From Welwitschia mirabilis (Eukaryota), in contig JBOZIK010000001.1 of NCBI GenBank assembly GCA_051453625.1, forward strand, positions 7,870,413 to 7,934,412: a DNA stretch of 64,000 nt. The letters are read 5' to 3'. Each line of letters starts with the position of its first letter. Position 1 is the stretch's first letter. The notes under the pieces are model-generated. The model was not told where the DNA came from. It saw only the letters and a list, made by a program, of their open reading frames with translations, and did no database searches. Shown one piece after another: positions 23,246 through 36,700 of the stretch. Made by a program: the position numbers and the translations under genes.

Positions 23246-26200
23246 CCATCCTTTTTCTTCACAAAAAGTACTGGGGCTCTCTAAGTTGACACACTAGGAT
23301 AGATATTGCCTTCCAAAATTAATTATTCAATTTGCAATTTCATTTTTCTTAATTATATAACTGAGAATTAGTAGGAAGCTTGAGCTATTTGGTTGTACAT
23401 TAGGAAGTAAGTCAATTATGTGTCTTGGATAATACCATCTTAAAATCTTTAAATACATTAAAAAATTCTCAGAGTTCTACTAGTAATGTGGAATTTTCTT
23501 TAGAGATTTTTTCATGAATCAAGGTAATAAGACTTATTTCCTTTTAATAGCTTTTGACATCTGCTCAGGTAAGGTTAATGATATCTTCTTATTAATTTCA
23601 TCCCTTTCAAGATTTATTTTCTAAATGAAGTTCTTAGCAAGAGGATGCATTGGTAAAAGTTAATTCAAACATTATATCTAAGTAAGAAGGAAAATCCCAA
23701 AATGGCATGATATTCTCCAANNNNNNNNNNNNNNNNNNNNNNNNNNNNNNNNNNNNNNNNNNNNNNNNNNNNNNNNNNNNNNNNNNNNNNNNNNNNNNNN
23801 NNNNNNNNNNNNNNNNNNNNCATTAATGTCATAATTAGATGGTTAGATCAGATTATGATAAAATGCTTGAAAATGACTGAATTGAGTGCCTCTTCCCTGC
23901 AAAACATCACCAATTACACTATTAAAACATGATAATTTGGGATCACAACATATACCATACAAAAAATAATCAAGAGGAGCATGGCTTCAAAAATAATGTA
24001 AGAAGACGATAGACCATATTCAAGGATGAGAATAATTCCTAAGGGGGAGGAAATGTAATGTTTCCAATTCACTATTTGTGTAATAAGTGTATTAAATACT
24101 AAATAAGCATAATTAATAGAAATAGAAATGGGTGTAACCCAAGTTAAAAAGATTTATTTCTACATTATTCTATTTATGCCTATGATGTTAGGTGGGGGTG
24201 GATAGACTGAGTGGATGTAACTATTGACAGCCTTGGCTATTCCCCAAGGGTCACAAGAGGAGGACTCAGGCCATAGTCTATGTCTTATCTTTGACCATTA
24301 GTCCAAGGCTATTGGCTAATGATGAGGACTGTAATTCACTGCTTCCAATAATAAAATCTGCATTCTTTTTAGATTATTCCTTATTTTTTCTATTGATCCT
24401 ATCATATTATGTTATATGTTCCTTTTTATATGAAGTAATCTAAAATCAGTAAAATGAAAAATTACAGGGTACCATCCTTTTTCTTCAAAAAAAGTATTAG
24501 AGCTCTCTAAGATGACATACTAGGGTAGATATTGCCTTCCAAAATTAATTATTCAATTTGTAATTTCATTTTTTTTAATTGTATAACTAAGAATTAGTAG
24601 AAAGCTTGAACTATTGGTTATGCACTAGGAAGTAAGTTAATTATGTGTCATAATTTTATTTTGGATAGTACCATCTTAAAATCTTTAAATACATTAAAAA
24701 ATTATTATAGTTCTACTAGTAATGTGGAATTTGCTTTGGAGATTTTTTCCTGAATCAAGGTAATAAGACTTATTTCCTTTTAATAGATTTTAACATCTTC
24801 TTAGGTAAGGTTAAGAATATCTTATTATTCATTTCATCCCTTTCAAGATTCATTTTCTAAATGAAGTTCTTAGCAAGATGATGCATTGGTAAAAGTTAAT
24901 TCAAACATTATATCTAAGTAAGAAGGAAAATCCCAAAATGGCATGATATTCTCCAATCTGAAAGACATAGAAGTTATTCCTAAAATGTGAGTCATGCATG
25001 GTGTAATTGACAAGAAAAGTAATCCCATTCTATGTAAAAAAAAAAAATTCCCTATGACTTCTATGATAGATTTTTATTCAGTAAATAGGGTAATGTTGAA
25101 TTTGTTAAATAATATTAAAGAAATAAAGCTATGGGAGGCATAACTATCTATCAGAAATGAAATAAAGAAAGATGAAATTTAACCATGTAAGTTCAAGATA
25201 AAGTACTAGTTATGAATCATACTTGCTTAGATGGTGTCATACATCCTTTTTAACTATGCACCTAAATTTTATAAGGTTTGAGGCCATGTGTTCTGAGGGA
25301 GATTCAGTGCTCAAGATTTAGCTGGATAATTTCTAATAACATAAACATTTTTATTCATGGTAGGTAATGTTAGTTCTAGATGTTTCATGTGTCAATGGTA
25401 TGTTAGTTATGTTGGATTCATTCATTTATGAGTGGTGAGTCTTGTTCCATCAATTTTTTATCCTTAAAGATAATGTATTACTTTATGATGGGCATCTTAG
25501 GTGGATTTGATCTCCAAGATGCATAAGACACTTCTAATTTTTGTTGGAAGTTTTGAATAAAACTGTTAAACAATTTCTTTTCTTTGAAGGTCTTTTGGTA
25601 TTTCATAAGTCAGTGGAATTTAGATTAGTATTCATGAAATGGCCATTTTCCTAGGCAAAGACATTAGAATTCTACCATTTGGTCTTCTATGAAGTCTTCA
25701 GAATTGAATTTATTTTTGAATTCCTTCACAAATATTTCCTAAGGCACTTGTTAAGTATGTTTTTATTGACATCTAAACCATCCTTCCTATGTATTTCCTA
25801 CAATAAATATGGTGGCATATGCACATTGTCATTCTAATGAAACATTCCAAAGGTCATAGTAGTTTTCTATTTATTAAATCTAGGAGATGACTTCCTTACT
25901 TATCCTAGCTTTTCCTTCATATGTCTTAAGGCATATCATTTTTGCAGTCTCCTCTTCTTTTCATTATTTTTATTAGAATTGTTTCCTTAATTTGATAGGA
26001 AGAATTAGAGGATTGACTCAATGTTTAGAAGTATCATATNNNNNNNNNNNNNNNNNNNNNNNNNNNNNNNNNNNNNNNNNNNNNNNNNNNNNNNNNNNNN
26101 NNNNNNNNNNNNNNNNNNNNNNNNNNNNNNNNNNNNNNNTTTTATCTATGCACCTAAATTTTGTAAGGTTTTAGACCATGTGTTCTGAGGGAGATTCAGT

Positions 26201-27900
26201 GCTTAAGATTTAGCTGGATAATTTCTAATAATGTAAATGTTTTTATTCATGATAGGTAATGTTAGTTCTAGATGTTTCATGTGTTAATGGTATGTTAATT
26301 ATGTTGGATTCATCCATTTATGAATGATGAGGCTTGTTCCATTAATTTTTTATCCTTAAAGGTAATGTATTACTTTATGATGGGCATCTTAGGTGGATTT
26401 GATCTCCAAGGTGCATAAGACACTTCTGATTTTTATTAAAAGGTTTGAATAAAACTATTAAACAATTTCTTTTCTATGAAGTTCTTTTGGTATTTCATAA
26501 GTCAGTGGAATTCAGACTAGTGTTTATGAAGTGGCCATTTTCGTAGGCAAAGACATTGAAATTCTACCATTTAGTCTTCTATGAACTCTTCAGAAATGAA
26601 TTTATTTTTGAATTCCTTTACAAATATTTCCTAAGGTACTTGTTGAATATGTTTTTATTGACATCTGAACCATCCTTCCTATGCATTTCCTATAATAAAT
26701 ATGGTGGCATGTGTGCATTGTCATTCTAATGAAATATTCTAAAGGTTATAGTAGTTTTCTATTTATTGAATCTAGGAGATTACTTCCTCACTTATCCTTG
26801 CTTTTCCTTCATATGTCTTAAGGCATATCATTTTTGCAATCTCCTCTCCTTTCCATTATTTTCATTAGAATTGTTTCCTCAATTTGATAGGAAGGATTAG
26901 AGGATTAACTCAATGTTTAGTAGTTTTATATAGATGTTCTAAATGTTGACTNNNNNNNNNNNNNNNNNNNNNNNNNNNNNNNNNNNNNNNNNNNNNNNNN
27001 NNNNNNNNNNNNNNNNNNNNNNNNNNNNNNNNNNNNNNNNNNNNNNNNNNNNNNNNNNNNNNNNNNNNNNNNNNNNNNNNNNNNNNNNNNNNNNNNNNNN
27101 NNNNNNNNNNNNNNNNNNNNNNNNNNNNNNNNNNNNNNNNNNNNNNNNNNNNNNNNNNNNNNNNNNNNNNNNNNNNNNNNNNNNNNNNNNNNNNNNNNNN
27201 NNNNNNNNNNNNNNNNNNNNNNNNNNNNNNNNNNNNNNNNNNNNNNNNNNNNNNNNNNNNNNNNNNNNNNNNNNNNNNNNNNNNNNNNNNNNNNNNNNNN
27301 NNNNNNNNNNNNNNNNNNNNNNNNNNNNNNNNNNNNNNNNNNNNNNNNNNNNNNNNNNNNNNNNNNNNNNNNNNNNNNNNNNNNNNNNNNNNNNNNNNNN
27401 NNNNNNNNNNNNNNNNNNNNNNNNNNNNNNNNNNNNNNNNNNNNNNNNNNNNNNNNNNNNNNNNNNNNNNNNNNNNNNNNNNNNNNNNNNNNNNNNNNNN
27501 NNNNNNNNNNNNNNNNNNNNNNNNNNNNNNNNNNNNNNNNNNNNNNNNNNNNNNNNNNNNNNNNNNNNNNNNNNNNNNNNNNNNNNNNNNNNNNNNNNNN
27601 NNNNNNNNNNNNNNCTTGGATTTTATTTGATTGGTATTTCTTCCTAGTAAGATTTTATTTGATTGGTATTTCTTCCTAGTAAGAGAGAAGGTTGTCAATC
27701 TTACTGGTAAGGATTTTATTTTATGAGGAGATGTGATTAAGTTGGGTGTCTATTTTATCCATTCATCCATTTACTTTGTATTCCATAATACACCAATTGG
27801 TTTGATGTCCTTCTAAACTCACATGCCTCTCCTTTTTTACTTTTTTTTTAAGAGTGGTTTGTCTTCTTCTAATGGCATTATGTCCTTTTATAATGTTTTC
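23246..27900 (-). pseudogene. Element A gag, protease and RT start (partly duplicated across gaps)
   Basis: Minus strand GNIYPSVST*RAPVLFVKKKDGT (23246-23310), protease FISFLIDSYASHSFI (~25130-25170), and gag remnants homologous to B 14627-17100. Confidence 0.88.
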
Positions 27901-28019
27901 TACAACATATAGGTATATATAACTAAAAGGTAATTATAAAAATAATTAGAAGGATCATTAGCAATTATCATAATAGCCCTTAATGATGTGGATCCCCTTT
28001 GTAATAATTGTTAAGGAAG

Positions 28020-29160
28020 TGTGTCATCGAGTACCTTAAGTGTAACATTGGATGATACATAACTGTCTTGCTTGAAGTGCAATATTAGGTATTAAAGTGT
28101 AACATTAAGCTTCCTTATATGACTTCAAAACTTCATTATGAAGCAAGCACAAGTGAGGCATTGAATGCGAGATTTAAATGGAAGGTGCCAAGGTCTTATG
28201 GAAGTAAATGTGATATTGAATACCTAAGTTCAATATCAAATACCTAAGTATGATGTTAGACACTATTATTGTAGTTAATATAAAGCAAAACTAATGATGC
28301 TGAGGGAAAGTGAGTGGTGTTGGAGGCTAGCGAATGCAAGTATGATATTAGGAACTTAAGTGTGACATTAAGTACTTGAGTGTGATGTCAACTCTTCAAG
28401 TAGGGCATCTAGCATTTCTCCAAGAGCTATGTTTACATGGAATGTAAAGTGTTGGGGCCTTAGAAAAGGCATTAATTTGTATGGATTTAACTATGACATC
28501 AAGAACTCAAGTACAACATTTGACATCTAAGTGTGACATCAAGCACTCAAGTGTGATGTCAAAGTTTACATCACAATGTAAATTTGAAGTGAAATAAGTA
28601 ATGCGTGAGTCAAGTAGAAGATGTTAAAGCCTTACATGGGTAAGTATGATATTGGATATTCAAGTATAATATCAGGTACCTAAGTATGATACCATGGACA
28701 TTTCACACAAGCATGTAAGAGAAAAACCCATGATGTCATGAGTAAGAGGGGATGCTAGAAGTCTATGAAACCAAGTGCGATGTTAGACAGCTAAGTGCAA
28801 TGTCATACATCTAAGTATGACATCAAAGCTTGAAATGCAATGTTAAAGACTTCATTGTAGGATAGTTAAAAGATTGTGGTTGATGTTGAGACTGAGCAAG
28901 ACCTATGGGAGGTAAGCAGAGGCAAGTATGACGTTAAGCACTTAAGTGTGATGTTTAACATCTAAGTGTAATGTCAAAAATGAAAGTACAACATCAAAGA
29001 CCTCATAGAAGAGTAGGATTAAAGGGTACAATCAATGCCAAAGCCAAGCAAAACCTATTGGAGGTAGGAGGGAGGCAAGTGCAATGTCAGGGGCTCAAGT
29101 GTAATGTTGGATTCCTAAGTGTAATATCAGCCTCCTAAGTGCAATGGTGGCCCTCTGATA
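28020..29160. repeat. Degenerate ~20-21 bp tandem array in element A leader (reverse complement of the array in B)
   Basis: Recurrent AAGTGTGACATCA, AAGTGCGATGTTA, AAGTATGACGTTA and AAGTGCAATGTCA units. Confidence 0.8.
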
Positions 29161-29295
29161 TGTTTCATTGTTATGGGTTCTAGTATTATCATCTAAATGT
29201 AATTTACTTCCTTCAACTCTGGGTTAGTTGACTTTAGTTAACTTTTAACTATAGTTAAATTTATTCTTATGGTTTAGTTAACCCTGCTCCACTAC

Positions 29296-29303
29296 TATAA
29301 ATA
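29296..29303 (+). promoter_or_regulatory. TATA box facing the antisense ORF in element A
   Basis: CCACTACTATAAATACCTCATGGACTCCTCATTTTTCTC, followed by a CT-rich leader. Conserved with B. Confidence 0.5.
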
Positions 29304-29867
29304 CCTCATGGACTCCTCATTTTTCTCATGATTTTTATTTAATTAGTGGCTCTCTTTTTTCCTCATTTTTACTATTTTTCTTCTATATGTTACCTCTCTA
29401 TTGTCTTTTAGTGATTTTTATATATTTTTGTGCAAGTCATTTATGGTATACATTCCTTATAAATATAATATCTTCCTTAATTCTTTTATTTTGCTACATA
29501 CACATCTCAATGTATGGCTTAAAGAATTTGTTTTATCATTTNNNNNNNNNNNNNNNNNNNNNNNNNNNNNNNNNNNNNNNNNNNNNNNNNNNNNNNNNNN
29601 NNNNNNNNNNNNNNNNNNNNNNNNNNNNNNNNNNNNNNNNNNNNNNNNNNNNNNNNNNNNNNNNNNNNNNNNNNNNNNNNNNNNNNNNNNNNNNNNNNNN
29701 NNNNNNNNNNNNNNNNNNNNNNNNNNNNNNNNNNNNNNNNNNNNNNNNNNNNNNNNNNNNNNNNNNNNNNNNNNNNNNNNNNNNNNNNNNNNNNNNNNNN
29801 NNNNNNNNNNNNNNNNNNNNNNNNNNNNNNNNNNNNNNNNNNNNNNNNNNNNNNNNNNNNNNNNNNA

Positions 29868-32372
29868 AGAAACTATAAGATTGGTATATAGATTAAGCTA
29901 AGGTAATCATATTCCTCCTATGATCTCTCATTCTGATAAGGACTTTTATTATTTTATGGCTAATCACTTAGATGACTTTGTATGCATGTGGGAGATTAAC
30001 ACACATCACCATGGGGTATCCATAGTTAATTTCACTACCCCTTATTTTACAGCTTATGGTGAACTAATTACAGGTAGGGCCTTCCTTTATGATTGAGTAG
30101 GTGAAATCCCTACTTATATAATTTATTTGTTACCATTTTTAGTTAGTGGAATTTCCTTGGATTAGGCATCCATTACCTATTTATCCACTCTTTCTCAAAT
30201 GATGTATTTGAAGTAAAACAGCAATAGGAATAAGTATTTTTATGAATATATTCTTCTTGGTTTGTATTTTTCTTTCATGGTTTTAAATGACTTACGATCC
30301 TTTATGTCTTTGAATGTGAATCCATCTTTTCTTTACTTTCTCATAAAAATTTGGCTAGATTCTTACTTTATTTTCATTCTTTCACATCTATGAAAGATGA
30401 AGATTCCATAACCTATAATCGTAGAGAAACATCCTAGGGTACTTTTTCTATTCCATGTAAGGTATTGATCCTTGTATCAGATTTTTGAATAATAATTTTA
30501 TCTCTAGCAACTTTTTTTTTTGTTTATTATTCTTTATAGATGAGTAAGACTTCAAGAATACATAACCTTTTCTATTAAAAATGAAAGAAATCTCAAGTAA
30601 TTGTCTAGTGCACAAGGAACTAGAAGAAGAAGAAACTCCTCTTAGCTTTGCTTGGTAACACTAGCCCTATAAGGTATTTTTTTTTTAACCTTTTTTGTTG
30701 TTTTCTTTACTTAGCATGATATTTTTACTTAACATTTTTCTTTTTTTGCTTTCAAGTTCTATGCTCTAAAACATTGGTAAGGGATGATATATATTTTACC
30801 CCATAGCCTTCATAAAAGATTTTTCTTCACATGCTAAGGGAGGACTACATAGTAGTAAGTTACTTCTTCCCTTCTATTTCTTTTATTAACTTGTTCATTG
30901 ATTTACTATTTTCTTCTAATTCTCAAGAGGAGGAGGTTATTAATAAGTTTAATGCATTAATGGATTAATAAGATATATCATACCCTACCCGCTACTTTTA
31001 GCCTCTAAGTTAGAATCCACCAGTAACTTACAAATCTTTAAAGCCTTCTCATCATCCAATTGTATCTTTAAATACTAATGTTAATGAGTAGGATTAGGTA
31101 TTATACTACATAAATCAACTATTAGCAGTGGTGGAGACCCTATATATCAAGATTAAGAAGCTGATGAACTAGTTGGGAGAGTACCAAACTCTCTCTAGTT
31201 TACTACATACATATGTCATTTATCTATCTTGCCTAGGTGATGTTTATGCTCATTTTCACTCTCAGTTAAGAAATTTTCCATGGAACTTCAAGTGTAGTTG
31301 CTTTGCTCACTTCACCTTACATTGTTCTCTATAGTTCAAATGGCCTACCCCACTCTGAGATTTCNNNNNNNNNNNNNNNNNNNNNNNNNNNNNNNNNNNN
31401 NNNNNNNNNNNNNNNNNNNNNNNNNNNNNNNNNNNNNNNNNNNNNNNNNNNNNNNNNNNNNNNNATGATTTATATTTTACCCAATAGCCTTCATAAAAGC
31501 TTTTCCTTCACATGCTAATGGAGGACTTCATAGTAGTAAGTGACTTCTCCCCTTCTATTTATTTCATTGGATTATTCATGGATTTACTATTTTCTTCTAA
31601 TTCTCAAGGGGAGGAGGTTTTTTAATAAGTTTAATGCATTAATGGATCAAGAGAATATATCATACTCTATCCTCTACTTTTAGCCTCTAAGTTAGAGTCC
31701 ACCAATAACTCGCAAATCTTTAAAGCCTTCTCATCATCCAATTATAGCTTTAAATACTAATGTTAATGAGCAGGATTAGGTATTATACTACACAGATCAA
31801 CTATTAGTAGTGGTGGAGACCCTATATATCAAGATTAAGAAGCTGATGAACCAGTTGAGAGAGTACCAAACTCTCTCTAGTTACTGCATACATATGTCAT
31901 TTATCCATCTTGTGTAGATAATGTTTACACTTATTTTTACTCTAAGTCAAGAAATTTTCCATGGAACTTCAAGTGCAGTTGCTTTGCTCACTTCACCTTA
32001 CATTGTTCTCTATAGTTCAAATGGCCTACCCCACTCTGAGATTTCTATAGTTTAATTAATATGATGAAATATTTCTATTATATGGCTTGGCATGGAATAG
32101 AGGAACAAGAATCCATGAGTGATTTCCTTCAAATGCTAGAAAATCAAGTGGTGAATATGCACTTATCAGAGAAGAGGTCATGAGCAGATGCTTCTCAACT
32201 TACTACATTGTAGGAGAGCCAAGTAGCTTTATTTGTGTGATTAGTAAAGAGTGAAGGGATGATCTAGGCTTATGCAGATTATTTAGCCATTATCATTGAT
32301 GATATTAATTTTTTATATCATGAAAGAGAGATCTTTAAGGAGCATCTATTAAGAATCCTGACAGTTTATAGT
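29868..32372 (+). pseudogene. Antisense accessory ORF of element A (unknown product, probably multi-exon; partly duplicated across a gap)
   Basis: DFYYFMANHLDDFVCMWEINTHHHGVSIVNFTTPYFTAYGELITGRAFLYD*VGEIPTYIIYLLPFLVSGISL, then INQLLAVVETLYIKIKKLMN*LGEYQTLS, then a helical C-terminal part MSDFLQMLENQVVNMHLSEKRS*ADASQLTTL*ESQVALFV*LVKSEGMI*AYADYLAIIIDDINFLYHERE. Confidence 0.65.
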
Positions 32373-32779
32373 TAGCGTCATCTAAAGCTTTATAATAAGC
32401 CATACCCCATCACTGGGCTGGCTGCTATGACAGGTTTTTTTAAGTGAATATTAACACTGCAATGGTTCCTTACCATACCATTGTAATGGAGGTTATCATA
32501 AGTTGTGTGGAGTCAATCATTCTAGGTGTAAAGGGTTAGAAGCCCATTTCATTTTTTATAGAATATTTTCTTCCTCCTCATTAGTGATTTCCTAAGTTTA
32601 GTTGTTTAAGGCATCATGCATTATATTATTTACTAACATCTTATTTCCTTTTTATACCATAATGTTTCTATGTATTATTTGCTATTTGGCTTGCTTTTTT
32701 AATGTTAAGCTTCTATTTATTTATAAAACTAGATTCCTTTCTTGCTTTTCTTTGAAGTAGTAGTTTAGTACTTAATATT

Positions 32780-32792
32780 GGCTCTAATACTA
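32780..32792 (-). promoter_or_regulatory. Primer binding site (initiator tRNA-Met) of element A, decayed
   Basis: Minus strand TAGTATTAGAGCC, 2 nt after the LTR end, is the canonical TGGTATCAGAGCC with two transitions. Confidence 0.8.
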
Positions 32793-32794
32793 AA

Positions 32795-33524
32795 TGCAAT
32801 ATTTTATTTTGCTATTTTTTGATTAGTTCACATAAAAAGAATCATATAAATAATATGTCAAGAATAATAATAATAATAACAAATAACAATTTGATAAAAA
32901 GTAAACTTTATTATTAGAAGTAGTGGATNNNNNNNNNNNNNNNNNNNNNNNNNNNNNNNNNNNNNNNNNNNNNNNNNNNNNNNNNNNNNNNNNNNNNNNN
33001 NNNNNNNNNNNNNNNNNNNNNNNNNNNNNNNNNNNNNNNNNNNNNNNNNNNNNNNNNNNNNNNNNNNNNNNNNNNNNNNNNNNNNNNNNNNNNNNNNNNN
33101 NNNNNNNNNNNNNNNNNNNNNNNNNNNNNNNNNNNNNNNNNNNNNNNNNNNNNNNNNNNNNNNNNNNNNNNNNNNNNNNNNNNNNNNNNNNNNNNNNNNN
33201 NNNNNNNNNNNNNNNNNNNNNNNNNNNNNNNNNNNNNNNNNNNNNNNNNNNNNNNNNNNNNNNNNNNNNNNNNNNNNNNNNNNNNNNNNNNNNNNNNNNN
33301 NNNNNNNNNNNNNNNNNNNNNNNNNNNNNNNNNNNNNNNNNNNNNNNNNNNNNNNNNNNNNNNNNNNNNNNNNNNNNNNNNNNNNNNNNNNNNNNNNNNN
33401 NNNNNNNNNNNNNNNNNNNNNNNNNNNNNNNNNNNNNNNNNNNNNNNNNNNNNNNNNNNNNNNNNNATTAGTTCACATAAAAAGAATCATATAAATAATA
33501 TGTCAATAATAATAATAATAATAA

Positions 33525-33555
<31 letters not shown>

Positions 33556-33796
33556 AAGAAGAAGAAGAAGAAGAAGAATAATAATAATAAACAATTTGAT
33601 AAAAAGTAAACTTTATTATTAGAAGTAGTGGATTACATTTCTTATCATTTAGCTAATAGCCCTAAACTAGTGTTCAAAGGTAAAGATGTGGACTATGACG
33701 TAAGTCCCCCTTCTAAAACCCTTAGGAATCAATTAAGGTTATCATCAGTTACATTCATCCAATGTACCCACCCCCCACCTAACATCATAGGATTTT
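32795..33796 (-). repeat. 5' LTR of element A (two partial assembly copies separated by a gap)
   Basis: 33600-33796 aligns with 7200-7380, e.g. TTATTATTAGAAG, GGACTATGAC..AGTCCCCTTCT and CACCTAAC. Adjoins the PBS. Confidence 0.85.
33505..33590. repeat. Compound microsatellite (AAT)n(AAG)n(AAT)n within the LTR
   Basis: Directly visible perfect trinucleotide runs. Confidence 0.95.
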
Positions 33797-36700
33797 NNNN
33801 NNNNNNNNNNNNNNNNNNNNNNNNNNNNNNNNNNNNNNNNNNNNNNNNNNNNNNNNNNNNNNNNNNNNNNNNNNNNNNNNNNNNNNNNNNNNNNNNNNNN
33901 NNNNNNNNNNNNNNNNNNNNNNNNNNNNNNNNNNNNNNNNNNNNNNNNNNNNNNNNNNNNNNNNNNNNNNNNNNNNNNNNNNNNNNNNNNNNNNNNNNNN
34001 NNNNNNNNNNNNNNNNNNNNNNNNNNNNNNNNNNNNNNNNNNNNNNNNNNNNNNNNNNNNNNNNNNNNNNNNNNNNNNNNNNNNNNNNNNNNNNNNNNNN
34101 NNNNNNNNNNNNNNNNNNNNNNNNNNNNNNNNNNNNNNNNNNNNNNNNNNNNNNNNNNNNNNNNNNNNNNNNNNNNNNNNNNNNNNNNNNNNNNNNNNNN
34201 NNNNNNNNNNNNNNNNNNNNNNNNNNNNNNNNNNNNNNNNNNNNNNNNNNNNNNNNNNNNNNNNNNNNNNNNNNNNNNNNNNNNNNNNNNNNNNNNNNNN
34301 NNNNNNNNNNNNNNNNNNNNNNNNNNNNNNNNNNNNNNNNNNNNNNNNNNNNNNNNNNNNNNNNNNNNNNNNNNNNNNNNNNNNNNNNNNNNNNNNNNNN
34401 NNNNNNNNNNNNNNNNNNNNNNNNNNNNNNNNNNNNNNNNNNNNNNNNNNNNNNNNNNNNNNNNNNNNNNNNNNNNNNNNNNNNNNNNNNNNNNNNNNNN
34501 NNNNNNNNNNNNNNNNNNNNNNNNNNNNNNNNNNNNNNNNNNNNNNNNNNNNNNNNNNNNNNNNNNNNNNNNNNNNNNNNNNNNNNNNNNNNNNNNNNNN
34601 NNNNNNNNNNNNNNNNNNNNNNNNNNNNNNNNNNNNNNNNNNNNNNNNNNNNNNNNNNNNNNNNNNNNNNNNNNNNNNNNNNNNNNNNNNNNNNNNNNNN
34701 NNNNNNNATACTACTTAGACTAGCTTTGAAACAAGTTCACTCCTAAGAGAGATGCTTAGAAAGCCATGATGTTTTGATGCTCTAATAATTCCTATCATAT
34801 TTTTGTCAACTAAAGCTCCTTTACAATGAGGAACTAAGACCCTTTTACAGATAAGAAAAGACTTGGAGAGCTTTGTTTTGATGTGGTTAATGGAGGTCAT
34901 AATCGGGGATTATATTTTTAGGCAGTTACATTAGGAGGAAGTTATAAAATTTGGCATGANNNNNNNNNNNNNNNNNNNNNNNNNNNNNNNNNNNNNNNNN
35001 NNNNNNNNNNNNNNNNNNNNNNNNNNNNNNNNNNNNNNNNNNNNNNNNNNNNNNNNNNNNNNNNNNNNNNNNNNNNNNNNNNNNNNNNNNNNNNNNNNNN
35101 NNNNNNNNNNNNNNNNNNNNNNNNNNNNNNNNNNNNNNNNNNNNNNNNNNNNNNNNNNNNNNNNNNNNNNNNNNNNNNNNNNNNNNNNNNNNNCAAAAAA
35201 ATATGCAAGAATGTGATAATGGATTGGTTCTACCTTAAAAGGCCAATGATGCTAGTTAGCTGGATAGTGGCATCTACATTTTCTGCTAAGTCTTTATCAA
35301 TTTGTAAAATGTCTAAAGTTCATAATTTTATGAAACATGATAAAAGGATAAGAGGCATTATTTTATGATAAAATGACTAATTTATAGTCTTTGCCTATGT
35401 AAAATTGATCAAATATACTTACTTAGAATGTTAATTTTTACATGTAAATATACCCCCTACCCAGACTTTTGCTAGTATCTTTGAAAAATATTGATAAAGA
35501 AATGATCAATATAGAAAAATTGTCTAAGTAAAATGTTCAAGTATGAAAATGATTATTAAAAATTTTTATTTAATTTTTAACAAATAAAACATCAAAATTA
35601 GAAAAATTCTATTAAAAATAGATTCTGTTCTCTCTAATCAAAATTGAACTTTATCCTCAATGTTAAAAAGATTGAAAAATCTTAATACAAGACTTTTGAT
35701 AATAACTTAAAGTACTTGAAAAGAAATTNNNNNNNNNNNNNNNNNNNNNNNNNNNNNNNNNNNNNNNNNNNNNNNNNNNNNNNNNNNNNNNNNNNNNNNN
35801 NNNNNNNNNNNNNNNNNNNNNNNNNNNNCAAGTTAAAGTACTTGAAAAGGAAATTTTTCATTACATGGATTTTCATACAATAAGCTAAAAATTATTTTTA
35901 TGTAATTATTCCAATTCTACAATGAAAAAAATTTAAACTAGTATGCAAAATATTATAATACACTTAAAAACATTTGAAAACACTATAATAAAACATAATT
36001 AAATGTAATTTTTATCCAAAAGATCTTCTATGAGAGACTAAATGTTCTAGTTTTTTAATCTATCTTCTTTTATCTTTACATGGGATTTTCTTCATCTTTT
36101 TCCATAGCTTACTAATATAAGTATTATTCTTTTATATTACTTATTTCAAGAATTTTTTACTAGATGAGGAAGAAGAGAAGTAAGGAGGTATCTTTTGATG
36201 AATTATTAAAGGTACATGAGGAGTTACATATGGAGGAATGGAATGAATAGTAGATAGATGATGACAAATTTATTTCTCTGATTGTTTCTCTTCTTTTTAT
36301 TACTCTTCCTGCTATTCTTGTTACTACCCTTGGATNNNNNNNNNNNNNNNNNNNNNNNNNNNNNNNNNNNNNNNNNNNNNNNNNNNNNNNNNNNNNNNNN
36401 NNNNNNNNNNNNNNNNNNNNNNNNNNNNNNNNNNNATTCTTATTACTACCCTAGGATCCAATTAGTATTACAACACTTCTAAACTTAGGTAATCTTATGA
36501 GGAGTAATGGTTTTTAAGAAATAAGAGAATTAATAATGATCAGAAGATTTTTCAAACTCAAAATTTTTTTTCTTCTTCTTGTTATTTCATAAAGATCTAT
36601 CTTTATAAAGGAAAGCATACCACTAGGCTTTTCATGTATTGTTAGGCATGGTACCATGGTGTGCAAAAGATATAGTAATTTCCCCATCAACATGTAAATA

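Larger units (their letters stand above)
7091..33796 (-). mobile_element. Element A: decayed Ty3/gypsy chromovirus (Tekay/Del-like) LTR retrotransposon, interrupted by element B; outer end of 5' LTR lies in a gap
   Basis: 3' LTR 7091-7507 with PPT AAGGAGAAGGGAA before TGTAATG. 5' LTR from 32795 with decayed Met PBS. gag, PR, RT, RH, INT and chromodomain remnants lie in gypsy order on the minus strand. Confidence 0.9.

Noticed and set aside
23951-24955. Second LTR and RT junction as an independent tandem element
   Set aside because: It shares the identical insertion junction with 22726-23720 and flanks a 100-N gap, so it is better explained as the alternate regional copy.
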